DNA of 64,000 nt from Candidatus Curtissbacteria bacterium RIFOXYA1_FULL_41_14 (GCA_001775095.1 MFCA01000029.1:55975-119974), one strand, 5' to 3'; shown: positions 26,314-35,740, counted from the first letter of the stretch. Made by a program: numbers and translations. Notes: generated by a model not told the origin, from the letters alone.

Positions 26314-27198
26314 TTATTTAAATTTTGGTTCTTGAAAAAAAGATCTAATTACGGAAACAAACACACCTAGATCGTAAATTATTTTGAAAACAACAAATGA
26401 CAATTGGCCCGTGACAGTTGACTTAAAAATTCCAATTAATATGGATACCAGTAAGTTATACAAAAATAGTGACCGAATTTTACGAAGTAGCGAACCACTA
26501 ATAAACTCATTTTTCCCAATCCAACGAGCTTGCTTGAAAACTTCCTTAAGAGATGTTGGGTTTGAGTGGAAATATACTGCACCAGGAGCCAAAGTCGATT
26601 TAATATTCAGTTTTCGAGAAAGACTCCAATCATCGGTATATTCACCAGTCGCATCGAAGCCTCCTACCTTATTAAATTCTTTTTTTAAAATTGCCCTGAA
26701 GACTGGTGCCTGATTCGGGTAATCTGGAGGTAACATTCGATCCTTGGGAACATTTCTGTTAATGTTCCAGCAAATTGACCAAATGTTATTATAATTAGCG
26801 ACCATTTCATTTTTTGAAAAAGTGCCGATCGTTCTGCTGTCTAGAATTGGATTAACTAAGTCTTTGATAAAATCCCTATCAAAGGTCATATCAGCATCCA
26901 CAAAAACGAGGATTTCGCCGTGGGCTTTCGATGCGCCAAGATTTCTAGCTGAGCCCGGACCTTTATGATTTTGCTCAAGCAATTGGAAATTGGAAATTGG
27001 AAATTCCCGACCTCGTCTCGACTTGGTCGAGGACGGGTTGAAATTTGAAATTATTCTGAGTGTCCTATCACTCGAGCCATCATCGACAAGAATAATTTCC
27101 ATTGGTTTATAACTCTGGCTTAAAAGTGATTGAAGACATCTTTTTATAACTTTCTCTTCGTTATAAACTGGGGTAACTATAGATATGAGATTATTCAT
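26314..27198 (-). CDS. glycosyltransferase family 2 carrying an in-frame repeat-derived insert
   Basis: ISIVTPVYNE...ILVDDGSSDRT...GPGSARNLG...FVDADM. Extra segment NFNPSSTKSRRGREFPISNFQ is encoded by repeat 26981-27054. Confidence 0.75.
   Translation of the reverse strand: MNNLISIVTPVYNEEKVIKRCLQSLLSQSYKPMEIILVDDGSSDRTLRIISNFNPSSTKSRRGREFPISNFQLLEQNHKGPGSARNLGASKAHGEILVFVDADMTFDRDFIKDLVNPILDSRTIGTFSKNEMVANYNNIWSICWNINRNVPKDRMLPPDYPNQAPVFRAILKKEFNKVGGFDATGEYTDDWSLSRKLNIKSTLAPGAVYFHSNPTSLKEVFKQARWIGKNEFISGSLLRKIRSLFLYNLLVSILIGIFKSTVTGQLSFVVFKIIYDLGVFVSVIRSFFQEPKFK
26981..27054. repeat. (AATTGGA)x3 heptamer tract plus GC-rich palindrome inside GT2 coding sequence
   Basis: aattggaaattggaaattggaaatt-cccgacctcgtctcgacttggtcgaggacggg-ttgaaatttgaaatt. 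The palindrome cccgacctcg/cgaggacggg has one mismatch. Confidence 0.6.
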
Positions 27199-27203
27199 AA
27201 GTA

Positions 27204-28271
27204 TTATGAAATTGATAACTTATTAATAAGAGCTTGGTATTTTTGAGCCACTTTATTCCAGCTAAATTTTAGAGCTTGGGTGTAAGGAATATTTTTATAA
27301 TTTGTTTTTGCAGCAAGTTCTAGATCCTTGGCATACTGCTCAACGTTACCGGGATCAGTAAGAATTCCAGCGGGACCGATTATTTCAGCCCTGGAATCAT
27401 CTGCAGTGGTCACTACAGGGAGATTGCAGGCCATAGCCTCAACATAAGAAATTCCAAATGCTTCTGTTTTTGAAGCGAGAGTAAAAACATTTCCCGACCT
27501 GTAATAAGCAGGAATTTGCTCATAGGGCACCACTAATCTTAAATATCTTTTGCCTAAGAGCCTTTTGCCAAGAGTATCAATCATCCCATGCAACTGACCA
27601 TCTCCTAATATTAAAAGGCTTAAGTTTTTTGTCTTAGCAATAGCTTTAATGGTTAAATCCACTCTTTTATAGGGAACAAGGGCCGAAGCACAAACTGCTA
27701 TTGGCTTCGCTAGAGGCAAAGTCTTCGATTTAACCTTTGGATTGAAACGTGCCAGGTCAACTCCATTAGGAATTGTAACTATCTCGACCTCCGGAGCTAA
27801 CCGTTTTGCCCAGTCAGCCTCTGCCTTAGTTAAAGCTACAAAGACGTCAGGTCTAAAAAAAAGATTGGCGGCATCATCCGAGCCTATGCCCGCATGGCCA
27901 GAGGTTAAAATTTTTGCTCCTGTGATTTTCGTAACTATCCTAAAAACTAGTGTCTGCCATCCGCCGTTTAGGGGAATAATTAAATCGTATTTCCCTCTAT
28001 AGATCTTGAGTAAGGCTCTTAAGCTAAAAATCAATATTTTGACGGAACTCCAATCTAAATAAAATTTACTAAGTACGCCGCAAGTTGACTTTGGGGTACT
28101 GACGAACGATTTAATTTCTTCAACCCTATATTTTTGTGGTTTTGTATGGCCGGCCGCAAAAACCGTCACCTTATGTTTAACAGATAGACGTTTGCTAATT
28201 TCAAAAGCAAACGTTTCCACTCCCCTGTCGACTATCCCGGAATAGAAACTTAAAATAGCAATTTTATACAT
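27204..28271 (-). CDS. glycosyltransferase family 4 (start re-assigned to MYKIAILSF; track ORF extends to 28367 through the duplicated region)
   Basis: Canonical GT4 N-terminus MYKIAILSFYSG and SKTEAFGISYVEAMACNLPVV. The 31-aa upstream extension in the track is translation of repeat DNA. Confidence 0.8.
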   Translation of the reverse strand: MYKIAILSFYSGIVDRGVETFAFEISKRLSVKHKVTVFAAGHTKPQKYRVEEIKSFVSTPKSTCGVLSKFYLDWSSVKILIFSLRALLKIYRGKYDLIIPLNGGWQTLVFRIVTKITGAKILTSGHAGIGSDDAANLFFRPDVFVALTKAEADWAKRLAPEVEIVTIPNGVDLARFNPKVKSKTLPLAKPIAVCASALVPYKRVDLTIKAIAKTKNLSLLILGDGQLHGMIDTLGKRLLGKRYLRLVVPYEQIPAYYRSGNVFTLASKTEAFGISYVEAMACNLPVVTTADDSRAEIIGPAGILTDPGNVEQYAKDLELAAKTNYKNIPYTQALKFSWNKVAQKYQALINKLSIS

Positions 28272-28535
28272 ATTGGTAAAGTTTCTGCGGTCCTCGTTCC
28301 TCGATATCAGCCTTCGCCTTCGGCGAATCTGATATATCAGAGGAGTAATATTGAAACAAAGTTTCAAATTGATCTGCTGATATAAACTCGGAACTGCGGG
28401 CCTAAGAAACTTAAAATAGCAATTTTATACATATTGGTAAAGTTTCTGCGGTCCTCGTTCCTCGATATCAGAGGAGCAATATTGAAACAAAGTTTCAAAT
28501 TGATCTGCTGATATAAACTCGGAACTGCGGGCCTA
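28245..28535. repeat. tandem duplication (units ~160 bp and ~131 bp) covering promoter region and first 9 codons of GT4 27204-28271
   Basis: gaaacttaaaatagcaattttatacatattggtaaagtttctgcggtcctcgttcctcgatatcag[30-bp extra in copy 1]aggag(t/c)aatattgaaacaaagtttcaaattgatctgctgatataaactcggaactgcgggcctaa occurs twice head-to-tail. Copy 2 carries a 22-codon pseudo-ORF starting MYKIAILSF. Confidence 0.85.
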
Positions 28536-28566
28536 AGAAACTAAGAATTGCGATCTTGGTTATTTT

Positions 28567-30534
28567 CTAAGAACGATTTTTTACTTTTGATGATCTACGT
28601 TTGTGAATATACCATAAAAAAAGCATAAATATGATGGTAAGGCTGATGGTTTTACCTGTGTTAAAAGTCTCAGGTTGATACTTTAACTCTAAGGTCTTTG
28701 TATTTGGCAGAACATTCACTCTCCTAAAAACAGGTTCTTTCCTTTCCGCAGGGAATTTTTGATGATCCTGAAAGGCAAACCAGCCGGGATAAAAGTTTTC
28801 AGCAAAAATCAGGATTCGAGATTCTGGCCGTTCACTGAACTGGACCTGAATTGAATTTGGTGAATATTTCTCAATAATTACCTCATCGGCTAAATTATTA
28901 AAATAGGCCCGCGGCTTATATTTTTGATTCTGATAAAGATAAATTTTTTCGAATTGGTTGATAAATATCAGGTCGCTATCTGTTATCGGATAGGTTGAGG
29001 CCACATATTTAACATTAGCAAGACTTAAGAGATTAATATTTGGTTGAGGCAAATCATCCTTCTGCCAAACCTGGTATGGAGGAAAAATCACGGCAAATTT
29101 AGAATATTCATAGCCGCCTGCTGCCTGTAAGAAATCAATAAAATTAGCATCCTGAATAGGTGTTTCTCCATGTAAAACTTGAATTTTGTATTTAGATATT
29201 AATTGCGGATTAAAACAATAAGTTGTGCAGTAAACCCGATAAAAACCTTTATCTTCGGCAAGGAACTGGTATAGGGGCTCATTTGTAAAAATTAAATTCG
29301 GAATAGAGTTGATTTTCCTGTATCCGATAAAAAAAGATTCTGCTAAGAAAATAAGCAGTATCAGGTAAATTATTGATTTTCTCTTAAATTTCTCAAGAGC
29401 AAATGCGCTTAAAAGAGCAACAATTAAAGCTACAATAAACCATAATCTTGTTGTGACTCGTGAGTATTTCAAAAAGGGCACAAAATTATAGAAAAATTCA
29501 AAAAGAGGTGTTGAAAGCCCGGCAATAAAAAGTAATGCAGCAAAGCCTCCAAACAACAAAACAATTTTTTTAAGTCTAGACAGCTTAAAAAAGCCAATAA
29601 TTGAGAAAAGGCTTGGAATAAGGCCTAGATAGAGAAATGACTCATGATCAAGACTATTAAAATTCAAGTAAGGAAATATTAGGCTAGTTACTAATCTTTT
29701 AAGATTCCAAGCTGGTATTGCCACATCTTCAATGGTTAAACGTGATCTTGTCGAGAACGGTGCAAACTCTGCTTGTGGCAAAATAAATATGGCTGAAAAA
29801 CCCAAAAAAATAACAATTGTAAAAAAAATATTAATAACCTGTTTTTTGATAGCAACAATCTCCAGGCTTTTTGTTATCCATGCGGACACTAAAACTCGGT
29901 AGGCCCAATAAGTAGCTAAAAAAATAAGTGCATAATAAAAAATTGTCGGATAGGTCATCAGCATAAAAGTCAGAGATACTGCCCCGATTATTATCCAAGT
30001 TAGGGGTGCAACCCCTAATAGGGGCCTGACTCTTTTTGGCACAAAAATTGTTCTGATTGATAAAAGGGTCAACGGAAAGTAAGAAAAGGCAGCAATCATA
30101 GTAATATGGCCGGCTGAAAGGTGAAAAATCATTTTCGTCGAGAAAGCGTAAAAAAGAGCGGCAGCAAAAGACGAAAGCGGTAATAATTTAAAAGAGCGAG
30201 AAAGTAAATATATAAAAACTCCAGCTAGTAGAAAATGGATAAAAAGATAAATTATAGAGGCAAATTTAATCGGAAAAATCAAAAAAAGGAGGTTTGCGGG
30301 ATAGAACAATGATGAAAGTGGATTGCCGATAAAAGTCTCCCCCATCATCTGATCCGGACGCCATAAAGGAATTTGTTTGTAATAAAAAATTGAATCTCTT
30401 AAAAAGCTAAAAAGGGGAATATAAGTTCTTCCGAGATCATTATCCTTTAAAGCTAATAAATCAGGCTTTATTAAAAACGGAAGAAAGAAGACCAAACAGA
30501 TCACAAAAAATAAAATGAGGTAATTATTTTTCAT
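28567..30534 (-). CDS. YfhO-family-like polytopic membrane glycosyltransferase (GT-C)
   Basis: N-terminal loop IPLWRPDQMMGETFIGNPLSSLFYPANLLF, many TM helices, C-terminal extracytoplasmic domain with FYPGWFAFQD motif. 655 aa. Confidence 0.45.
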   Translation of the reverse strand: MKNNYLILFFVICLVFFLPFLIKPDLLALKDNDLGRTYIPLFSFLRDSIFYYKQIPLWRPDQMMGETFIGNPLSSLFYPANLLFLIFPIKFASIIYLFIHFLLAGVFIYLLSRSFKLLPLSSFAAALFYAFSTKMIFHLSAGHITMIAAFSYFPLTLLSIRTIFVPKRVRPLLGVAPLTWIIIGAVSLTFMLMTYPTIFYYALIFLATYWAYRVLVSAWITKSLEIVAIKKQVINIFFTIVIFLGFSAIFILPQAEFAPFSTRSRLTIEDVAIPAWNLKRLVTSLIFPYLNFNSLDHESFLYLGLIPSLFSIIGFFKLSRLKKIVLLFGGFAALLFIAGLSTPLFEFFYNFVPFLKYSRVTTRLWFIVALIVALLSAFALEKFKRKSIIYLILLIFLAESFFIGYRKINSIPNLIFTNEPLYQFLAEDKGFYRVYCTTYCFNPQLISKYKIQVLHGETPIQDANFIDFLQAAGGYEYSKFAVIFPPYQVWQKDDLPQPNINLLSLANVKYVASTYPITDSDLIFINQFEKIYLYQNQKYKPRAYFNNLADEVIIEKYSPNSIQVQFSERPESRILIFAENFYPGWFAFQDHQKFPAERKEPVFRRVNVLPNTKTLELKYQPETFNTGKTISLTIIFMLFLWYIHKRRSSKVKNRS

Positions 30535-31910
30535 TTTCTAACCTTAAACCATAAAGTATCAGAAATTTGGACTAGATTTTTATAATTCGCATCAAGGTAG
30601 TCGGCAATTTCCCTGGGTCTATATACTCCAAGTTCATATCTCGGTCCTACATCATAAGGCTTAAAAATTATAAATTTTGAATTTTGCTTTTCAATTCCAT
30701 CAATGACTTTCTTCTGAAGATCAGGGATTTCTAAATACCAAGGGAATTCATCTGCCCAAGGCTTGGGTGGTAATCTACCTGACAGTGCCAATATTTGGTC
30801 TGGGCCGTTTTGAATATAGATGGAATCACCAGGATTTGTATTTTTACTTAAAGTTAGGGCTGCTCCTGCAATATCTTTCTCAAAAAATCTTACTTCTTGT
30901 GTCCAATTATTTTTAAGATAGCGGATAGTAAATACAATTAGAAAAATTAAGCTGAGTGTAAAAATTGACCGGATAGCCAGCTTTGTTTTTTTTAGACTCT
31001 TCAGGTTGTCTGGAAAAGTTAAAGACAAAACAGTAAGTGAAGGAATTAAATGAAAATAGTCAAATCTTGGATATGCAAAAAGGACTAAAACAAAACCCGT
31101 TAGAACAATTAAAGTTGTCTTAAACCTGTTATTAAAAAGTATAGGAGTAAATAAAAAAAATAAAGCTAAAATTGTCAAAATCTGATGAACTGTCGGAAGA
31201 AGTAAGTACCACGGCATTCTTGATGCTTTAAAAAATGGAAAGATAAATATCCAGTAGAGAAAATCGTCTGTGAGTCCTTGTTGCCTAAAGAATATAATTA
31301 GGGTTAGAAACATACAAATAAATGGGGCAAAAATATAAGGATTTTTTATAAAAATATCTTTGGTCTTTTTACCGAATTTATAAATCAAAATTGCTAAAAA
31401 CCATAAAGATAACCAAATTACTTGTTGTTTCGTAAAAATGGCAATCGTTAAAGAAAAGACTGAAAAAAATAGTGATTTTCTGGACTTGGGATTATTCATA
31501 AATTTATAAAAAAAATAAACAGATAAAAGAACGAGGGGTGTCTGCACAAGATCAAACCAAAGCCCATTGACCCCAAAAGGGATGGATAAAATAATAAAAA
31601 ATATAAGTGAAAAATAAGCTGTAGATTTAGTAAAAATCTTTTGTGCAAGTAAGAAAGTTAAAAGATCGGTAATGATTATTAAAAACCAAGTTAAAATTTG
31701 GTAAGGAAGTGGTTGATAACCAAAGATTTTAGCAAAAATTGCCAGAGAGTAACTCAAAAAGGGCGGGTAGGGATTAATTATATCCCTATATAGCATAAAT
31801 CCATTGTTGACTAGATATGGATAAACAACCATTTCCGGCCAAAGAGTAAAGCGGGTGTTTATAAGAAGTACAAAATGTATCAAAAGTAACAAAGGTACAA
31901 GAAGCAACAT
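30531..31910 (-). CDS. polytopic membrane protein, possible GT-C (GT87/DUF2029-like NPYPP motif)
   Basis: About 12 TM helices. Loop LYRDIINPYPPFLSY resembles the PimE-like motif. Weak assignment. Confidence 0.3.
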   Translation of the reverse strand: MLLLVPLLLLIHFVLLINTRFTLWPEMVVYPYLVNNGFMLYRDIINPYPPFLSYSLAIFAKIFGYQPLPYQILTWFLIIITDLLTFLLAQKIFTKSTAYFSLIFFIILSIPFGVNGLWFDLVQTPLVLLSVYFFYKFMNNPKSRKSLFFSVFSLTIAIFTKQQVIWLSLWFLAILIYKFGKKTKDIFIKNPYIFAPFICMFLTLIIFFRQQGLTDDFLYWIFIFPFFKASRMPWYLLLPTVHQILTILALFFLFTPILFNNRFKTTLIVLTGFVLVLFAYPRFDYFHLIPSLTVLSLTFPDNLKSLKKTKLAIRSIFTLSLIFLIVFTIRYLKNNWTQEVRFFEKDIAGAALTLSKNTNPGDSIYIQNGPDQILALSGRLPPKPWADEFPWYLEIPDLQKKVIDGIEKQNSKFIIFKPYDVGPRYELGVYRPREIADYLDANYKNLVQISDTLWFKVRK

Positions 31911-32031
31911 AAATTTACAATTTGAAATTTTTACTTTTTTATTGAAATCTAAAATTTAAATTTTGATAAGAAAATATTTTAATAAAATATTTTGAAACAT
32001 TCAAAATTGAATGAAAATTTAAAATTGAAAA

Positions 32032-32778
32032 TTAAAAATTATCTCGCTTGTATTTTCCTTTCAAATCATTCCATCTAATTTTAATTAGGCCAAAAAAAGA
32101 TCTTGCTACATCTTTTCCAAGAGAAACCTTAGTGCCTCTAACATCACTCCAAGTTACCGGAGCTTGAGCAACTCTGATATTTAGTTTTTTGCATATGAAC
32201 AGAATTTCCGCATCAAAAGCCCAATCGTAAATCGTAATTTTGTTAAATATTTTTTGAGCGACATTTTTTTCAAAAGTCTTAAAGCCGCAAGTTGCGTCTT
32301 TAATTTTCCAGTCAATCAATAATCTAACAAGCAGTGTAAAACCTCTCCCGAGAATCTCACGCAAAAAATGTTGATGGATAAGAATTTTAGCTCCCTCAAT
32401 TCGCCTTGAACCGATAGCAACTTGGTACCCTCTTTCAAAATGTTTAAAGAAACCCTCAATAGTATTTATGGGAACCGAATGATCCAAATCAGTAAATAAA
32501 ATGTATTTGCCTTTGGCGTTTATTATTCCTTGAACTATCGCATAGCCTTTCCCGTGATTTTTATTGTAACTAATGACTTGAATGCTTGATTTGTCTTTTG
32601 CACATGCTCGTATCAGCTTCAAGGTGTTATCTTTTGACCCATCATTAACAAAAATAAGTTCCCATGGATATTTTTGTTTTGAAAGATAAGAAAAATAGTG
32701 ATCAAATCCTTTCTGAAAACGTTTTTCCTCGTTATAACAAGGAACTACTACAGATAATTTAATTGACGTTTTTGGCAT
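32032..32778 (-). CDS. GT2 polyprenyl-phosphate sugar synthase (DPM1/GtrB/ArnC-like)
   Basis: LSVVVPCYNEE...FVNDGSKDNT...TDLDHS. Short C-terminus with amphipathic tail, 248 aa. Confidence 0.7.
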   Translation of the reverse strand: MPKTSIKLSVVVPCYNEEKRFQKGFDHYFSYLSKQKYPWELIFVNDGSKDNTLKLIRACAKDKSSIQVISYNKNHGKGYAIVQGIINAKGKYILFTDLDHSVPINTIEGFFKHFERGYQVAIGSRRIEGAKILIHQHFLREILGRGFTLLVRLLIDWKIKDATCGFKTFEKNVAQKIFNKITIYDWAFDAEILFICKKLNIRVAQAPVTWSDVRGTKVSLGKDVARSFFGLIKIRWNDLKGKYKRDNF

Positions 32779-34048
32779 TTAACTTGAAAAGAACATAAAA
32801 AAGCATTAGAGAAAAAGCCAAGAATTCACTTATTGTGAAAGCATAGGCAGCACCAATTGCTTCAAAACTCGGCACTGCAAGAAAGAGCAGAATTACAAAG
32901 AACCAATAGCGCGAAAACGTGATTGCAAATGATATTTGTGATTTTCCGAAATAGTAAAGGATTATTGAGGAAGGAATGGTTGATAAGAAAAAGAAAATAA
33001 AGCCAATTGCTAAAATTTTGAGAACTTGAATGGAGCCGCTAAACTCTTTGCCGAAAATCAAAATAACTAAGGGATCGGCAATAAGAATTAAAAATAGGAG
33101 TCCCAAACTAAATAGTAATACTAGACCGCTTGTTTTCTTGGCAAAATTAATTACTTTTTCTTTATTATCAAAAGAAGCAAAACGTGATGCTAAGACGCTT
33201 GTAAAGTTGCCTCCAAATTCATAAACAACCGTTAATATCTTTAAGGGAGCAGCATAAAGGCCAGTTTGAATAGGTCCGGCTAGCTTCAGAAGAAAGTAAT
33301 TATCAAATGGGATTGAGGCTAGTGTTAATGAAAAAGCAACCCAAATATTGAATTTAAAGAAATCACTGGCAAGGCTTTTGTCGATTTTTTCAATATTAAA
33401 TGGTAAAAAGTATTTGCCAATTATGGTGGAGATAATGGTTACGGCAAAGTAAATAACTGTCAAAAAATACAATCCAATTGTAAAAAAATATGAACCGATT
33501 AAAAGGAGAACAATTCTTGCAACATTATTGGCGATAGAAGGAATTGACGCTTTAAGAAATTCCTGCCTCGCCTGAAGCCCGGCAACAAATAAATTAGTCA
33601 GATGAAAAAAAACTGTTGCTCCAAAGGCAATTCTTAAAAAGAGAGTAATTTCTGGGTGTCCTAAAATAGCAGAAAGGATTGGCGCTATGAAAAAGCCGAT
33701 TACCGCTATTATCAGACCGAAAAATAAATACGACTTGAGGGCAATTGAAAGAATTGCATTTTGCTGGTTTGAACTCCTGTGGGCAAATTTTAGTATTCCG
33801 GTTTCGACACCTAGGCTTGACAACCGAACCGCTACTACTCCTGTCGCAACAACTGTTGAAAATATACCAAAATCTGAAGGCCCAAGAATTCGCGGTGCAA
33901 GAATAAAAAATAATCCACCGACAATTACGTTGACAAGAGTTCCGGCAAAAACTATTGAAGTATCTTTACCTGTATCGGTTAAAAGAAGATCTTTAAAAGA
34001 TTGAATCATTCGGTCAAAGTATAAGCAAAGCTTGCGGTCCTCGTCCAC
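32759..34048 (-). CDS. Wzx-type polysaccharide flippase (MOP superfamily); ATG start probably at 34009
   Basis: 12-TM Polysacc_synt-like architecture. Track uses a GTG start inside repeat element 34033-34071; internal ATG (MIQSFKDLLL) is more plausible. Confidence 0.55.
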   Translation of the reverse strand: MDEDRKLCLYFDRMIQSFKDLLLTDTGKDTSIVFAGTLVNVIVGGLFFILAPRILGPSDFGIFSTVVATGVVAVRLSSLGVETGILKFAHRSSNQQNAILSIALKSYLFFGLIIAVIGFFIAPILSAILGHPEITLFLRIAFGATVFFHLTNLFVAGLQARQEFLKASIPSIANNVARIVLLLIGSYFFTIGLYFLTVIYFAVTIISTIIGKYFLPFNIEKIDKSLASDFFKFNIWVAFSLTLASIPFDNYFLLKLAGPIQTGLYAAPLKILTVVYEFGGNFTSVLASRFASFDNKEKVINFAKKTSGLVLLFSLGLLFLILIADPLVILIFGKEFSGSIQVLKILAIGFIFFFLSTIPSSIILYYFGKSQISFAITFSRYWFFVILLFLAVPSFEAIGAAYAFTISEFLAFSLMLFYVLFKLNAKNVN

Positions 34049-34071
34049 TTCACAGTGGACTGCGGGCCTAA
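34033..34071. repeat. family C element (tgcggtcctcg ... ctgcgggcctaa) minimal copy
   Basis: Same terminal motifs as the boundaries of each unit in the 28245-28535 duplication. Inner part is a short palindrome ccacttcacagtgg. Confidence 0.45.
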
Positions 34072-34080
34072 CAATTTTTC

Positions 34081-35727
34081 TTACTGATCAAACCAACCTG
34101 TACTGTTATTCATTACAACAACTTCAATATTGCCAAAAGGTGCATTTTTCACCTCATGATATTTTAAAACAGCATATCGTTTGTAAAAATCTTCAGTCTC
34201 CGGCGTAAAGTCATGAATGACGAAGGAAACTACAGTTGGAGGATGTTTTTGGGCAACAGGAGTTGTTCCATAAAGGTAAGCGAAATTTGGGTCGACATAG
34301 CTCTTAACCGGTTCTTGGCCAAAAACGGCAAACAAATACCGATATCCTGAGTACCTCCAACAAGTTGAAAGTGAATCCAGAGAAAATGGTTTATCCCCTA
34401 CTTGCTGCATAGTAAATTCGATCGCCTGCCTTTTATAAGTCAGGCCCATGCTGTTTTTAGCATTTAAGAGTTTATTGAGATTAAAGACTATAAAAAGACC
34501 AAGTACTAAAAGCCACAATTTTTTGGGGAGTAAACTTACGATGTTGGCAAAAATCAGAAGAAAAAGTGCGAATAAACCTGCTATGTAATGCTCAAAAATA
34601 TCAGCTCTAAAAATAGTTCCATACAGCTGGATACCAACAAGATATAGAATCACAAGTATAGCAATAAGCCGCCAACCTACATTTTCTTGATTTTTCCCGA
34701 GAGCCCAGACGACAAAACCAATGATAGAAATCGATGAGAGAAATACTAGAATAGGAGGAATTACTTGATATTTTTCTTTGACAAACGCCTGGCAATATGA
34801 ATATTGCTTAGCTATTTGATTGTCATCGAATGTATAAATAAGACGAGTAAAGGCTCGAGGGAAAAGTGAAGAATTATTAATGAATTTTTGCATTTCAAAT
34901 CCGGGGTCGTTCCTCCCCTGCTTCCAGAACCCGACAACTGGTTTTGTATTGGCAAAGTTGTGCCTAAGGTCAAATAGGATAAGAGGCAGAAATGAGAAAG
35001 TAATTAGTCCAAGCGCAAAAAAAGTACTCTTTTTAATCGGCAGCTTGTAGATTATCCAAGCCAAAATTGCAAGCACAAGAAAAACTAAGTTAGATGGATC
35101 AGCATGAATACTAAGAGCAATGGTTAGACCTAAGAAGTAAATGTATTTATCATTTAGATTTTTCGTCCTGAGATTGCTTCGCGGAGTATATCCCGAGATT
35201 CTTCGAGAGGCTCGCAATGACATCGAAGGGCTCAGAATGACAGCGTGAGAGTGGATAATTTTGTAAAGACAAAAGACAACTATCAGCGAAACTAGCGGAC
35301 CCCAATAAAGCGCCCACAGATGTCGATCATAAACATTGGCAAGATATGAAAATGCCCAGAAAATAGCAGCTGTCAGAGCAATCTTTTTGGAACTAAATAC
35401 TTTGCCAACTACAAATATCATAAAAGTAGTGGCCATAGCTATGATAGCTGAAGCGTAACCCCAGGCAATTGGATTAAGTTTTCCCAAAAATAAAATGGCC
35501 GAATAAAACCAATAAAAATATGGCCCAAGGTGAAAATTAAAAGGCGTTACCCCGCCTATCAGCGGAATATGTTTCCAGAGAATTAATCGCCTTCCAACAA
35601 ATGCAGGAATTGATTCGTCATAAGTGAAATAAAAAAGTTCTTCAAGCTTTATTACCCTAAGAATAAATGTAATAACAATAAGTAGAATAACCGGCCAAAA
35701 TTTGGCGATTTTGCTCATTTTTTGCAA
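34081..35727 (-). CDS. GT-C membrane glycosyltransferase, ArnT/PMT_2-like, carrying an in-frame repeat-derived insert
   Basis: Loop FYFTYDESIPAFVGRRL (DE motif), about 13 TM helices. Segment HSHAVILSPSMSLRASRRISGYTPRSNLRT is encoded by repeat 35163-35249. Confidence 0.55.
   Translation of the reverse strand: MQKMSKIAKFWPVILLIVITFILRVIKLEELFYFTYDESIPAFVGRRLILWKHIPLIGGVTPFNFHLGPYFYWFYSAILFLGKLNPIAWGYASAIIAMATTFMIFVVGKVFSSKKIALTAAIFWAFSYLANVYDRHLWALYWGPLVSLIVVFCLYKIIHSHAVILSPSMSLRASRRISGYTPRSNLRTKNLNDKYIYFLGLTIALSIHADPSNLVFLVLAILAWIIYKLPIKKSTFFALGLITFSFLPLILFDLRHNFANTKPVVGFWKQGRNDPGFEMQKFINNSSLFPRAFTRLIYTFDDNQIAKQYSYCQAFVKEKYQVIPPILVFLSSISIIGFVVWALGKNQENVGWRLIAILVILYLVGIQLYGTIFRADIFEHYIAGLFALFLLIFANIVSLLPKKLWLLVLGLFIVFNLNKLLNAKNSMGLTYKRQAIEFTMQQVGDKPFSLDSLSTCWRYSGYRYLFAVFGQEPVKSYVDPNFAYLYGTTPVAQKHPPTVVSFVIHDFTPETEDFYKRYAVLKYHEVKNAPFGNIEVVVMNNSTGWFDQ
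35163..35249. repeat. family B element inserted in-frame in GT-C gene
   Basis: Minus-sense ctgtcattctgagcccttcgatgtcattgcgagcctctcgaagaatctcgggat...ctcaggacga. Contains GTCATTCTGAG and CCTTCGA cores shared with other family B copies. Confidence 0.55.
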
Positions 35728-35740
35728 ATATTCGCTTTGC

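Noticed and set aside
27204-28367. Track ORF start at 28367 (MKLCFNITPLIYQIRRRRRL...)
   Set aside because: The extension is translation through the duplicated repeat region. The canonical GT4 N-terminus MYKIAILSF begins at 28271.
28245-28535. Direct repeats considered as a possible CRISPR array
   Set aside because: Only two long (131-160 bp) head-to-tail units without short unique spacers, and no cas genes. It is a tandem duplication.
31911-32031. AT-rich 121-bp spacer with small palindrome cattcaaaattgaatg
   Set aside because: Likely an ordinary promoter/terminator spacer. Not clearly a member of family A, so not promoted to a finding.
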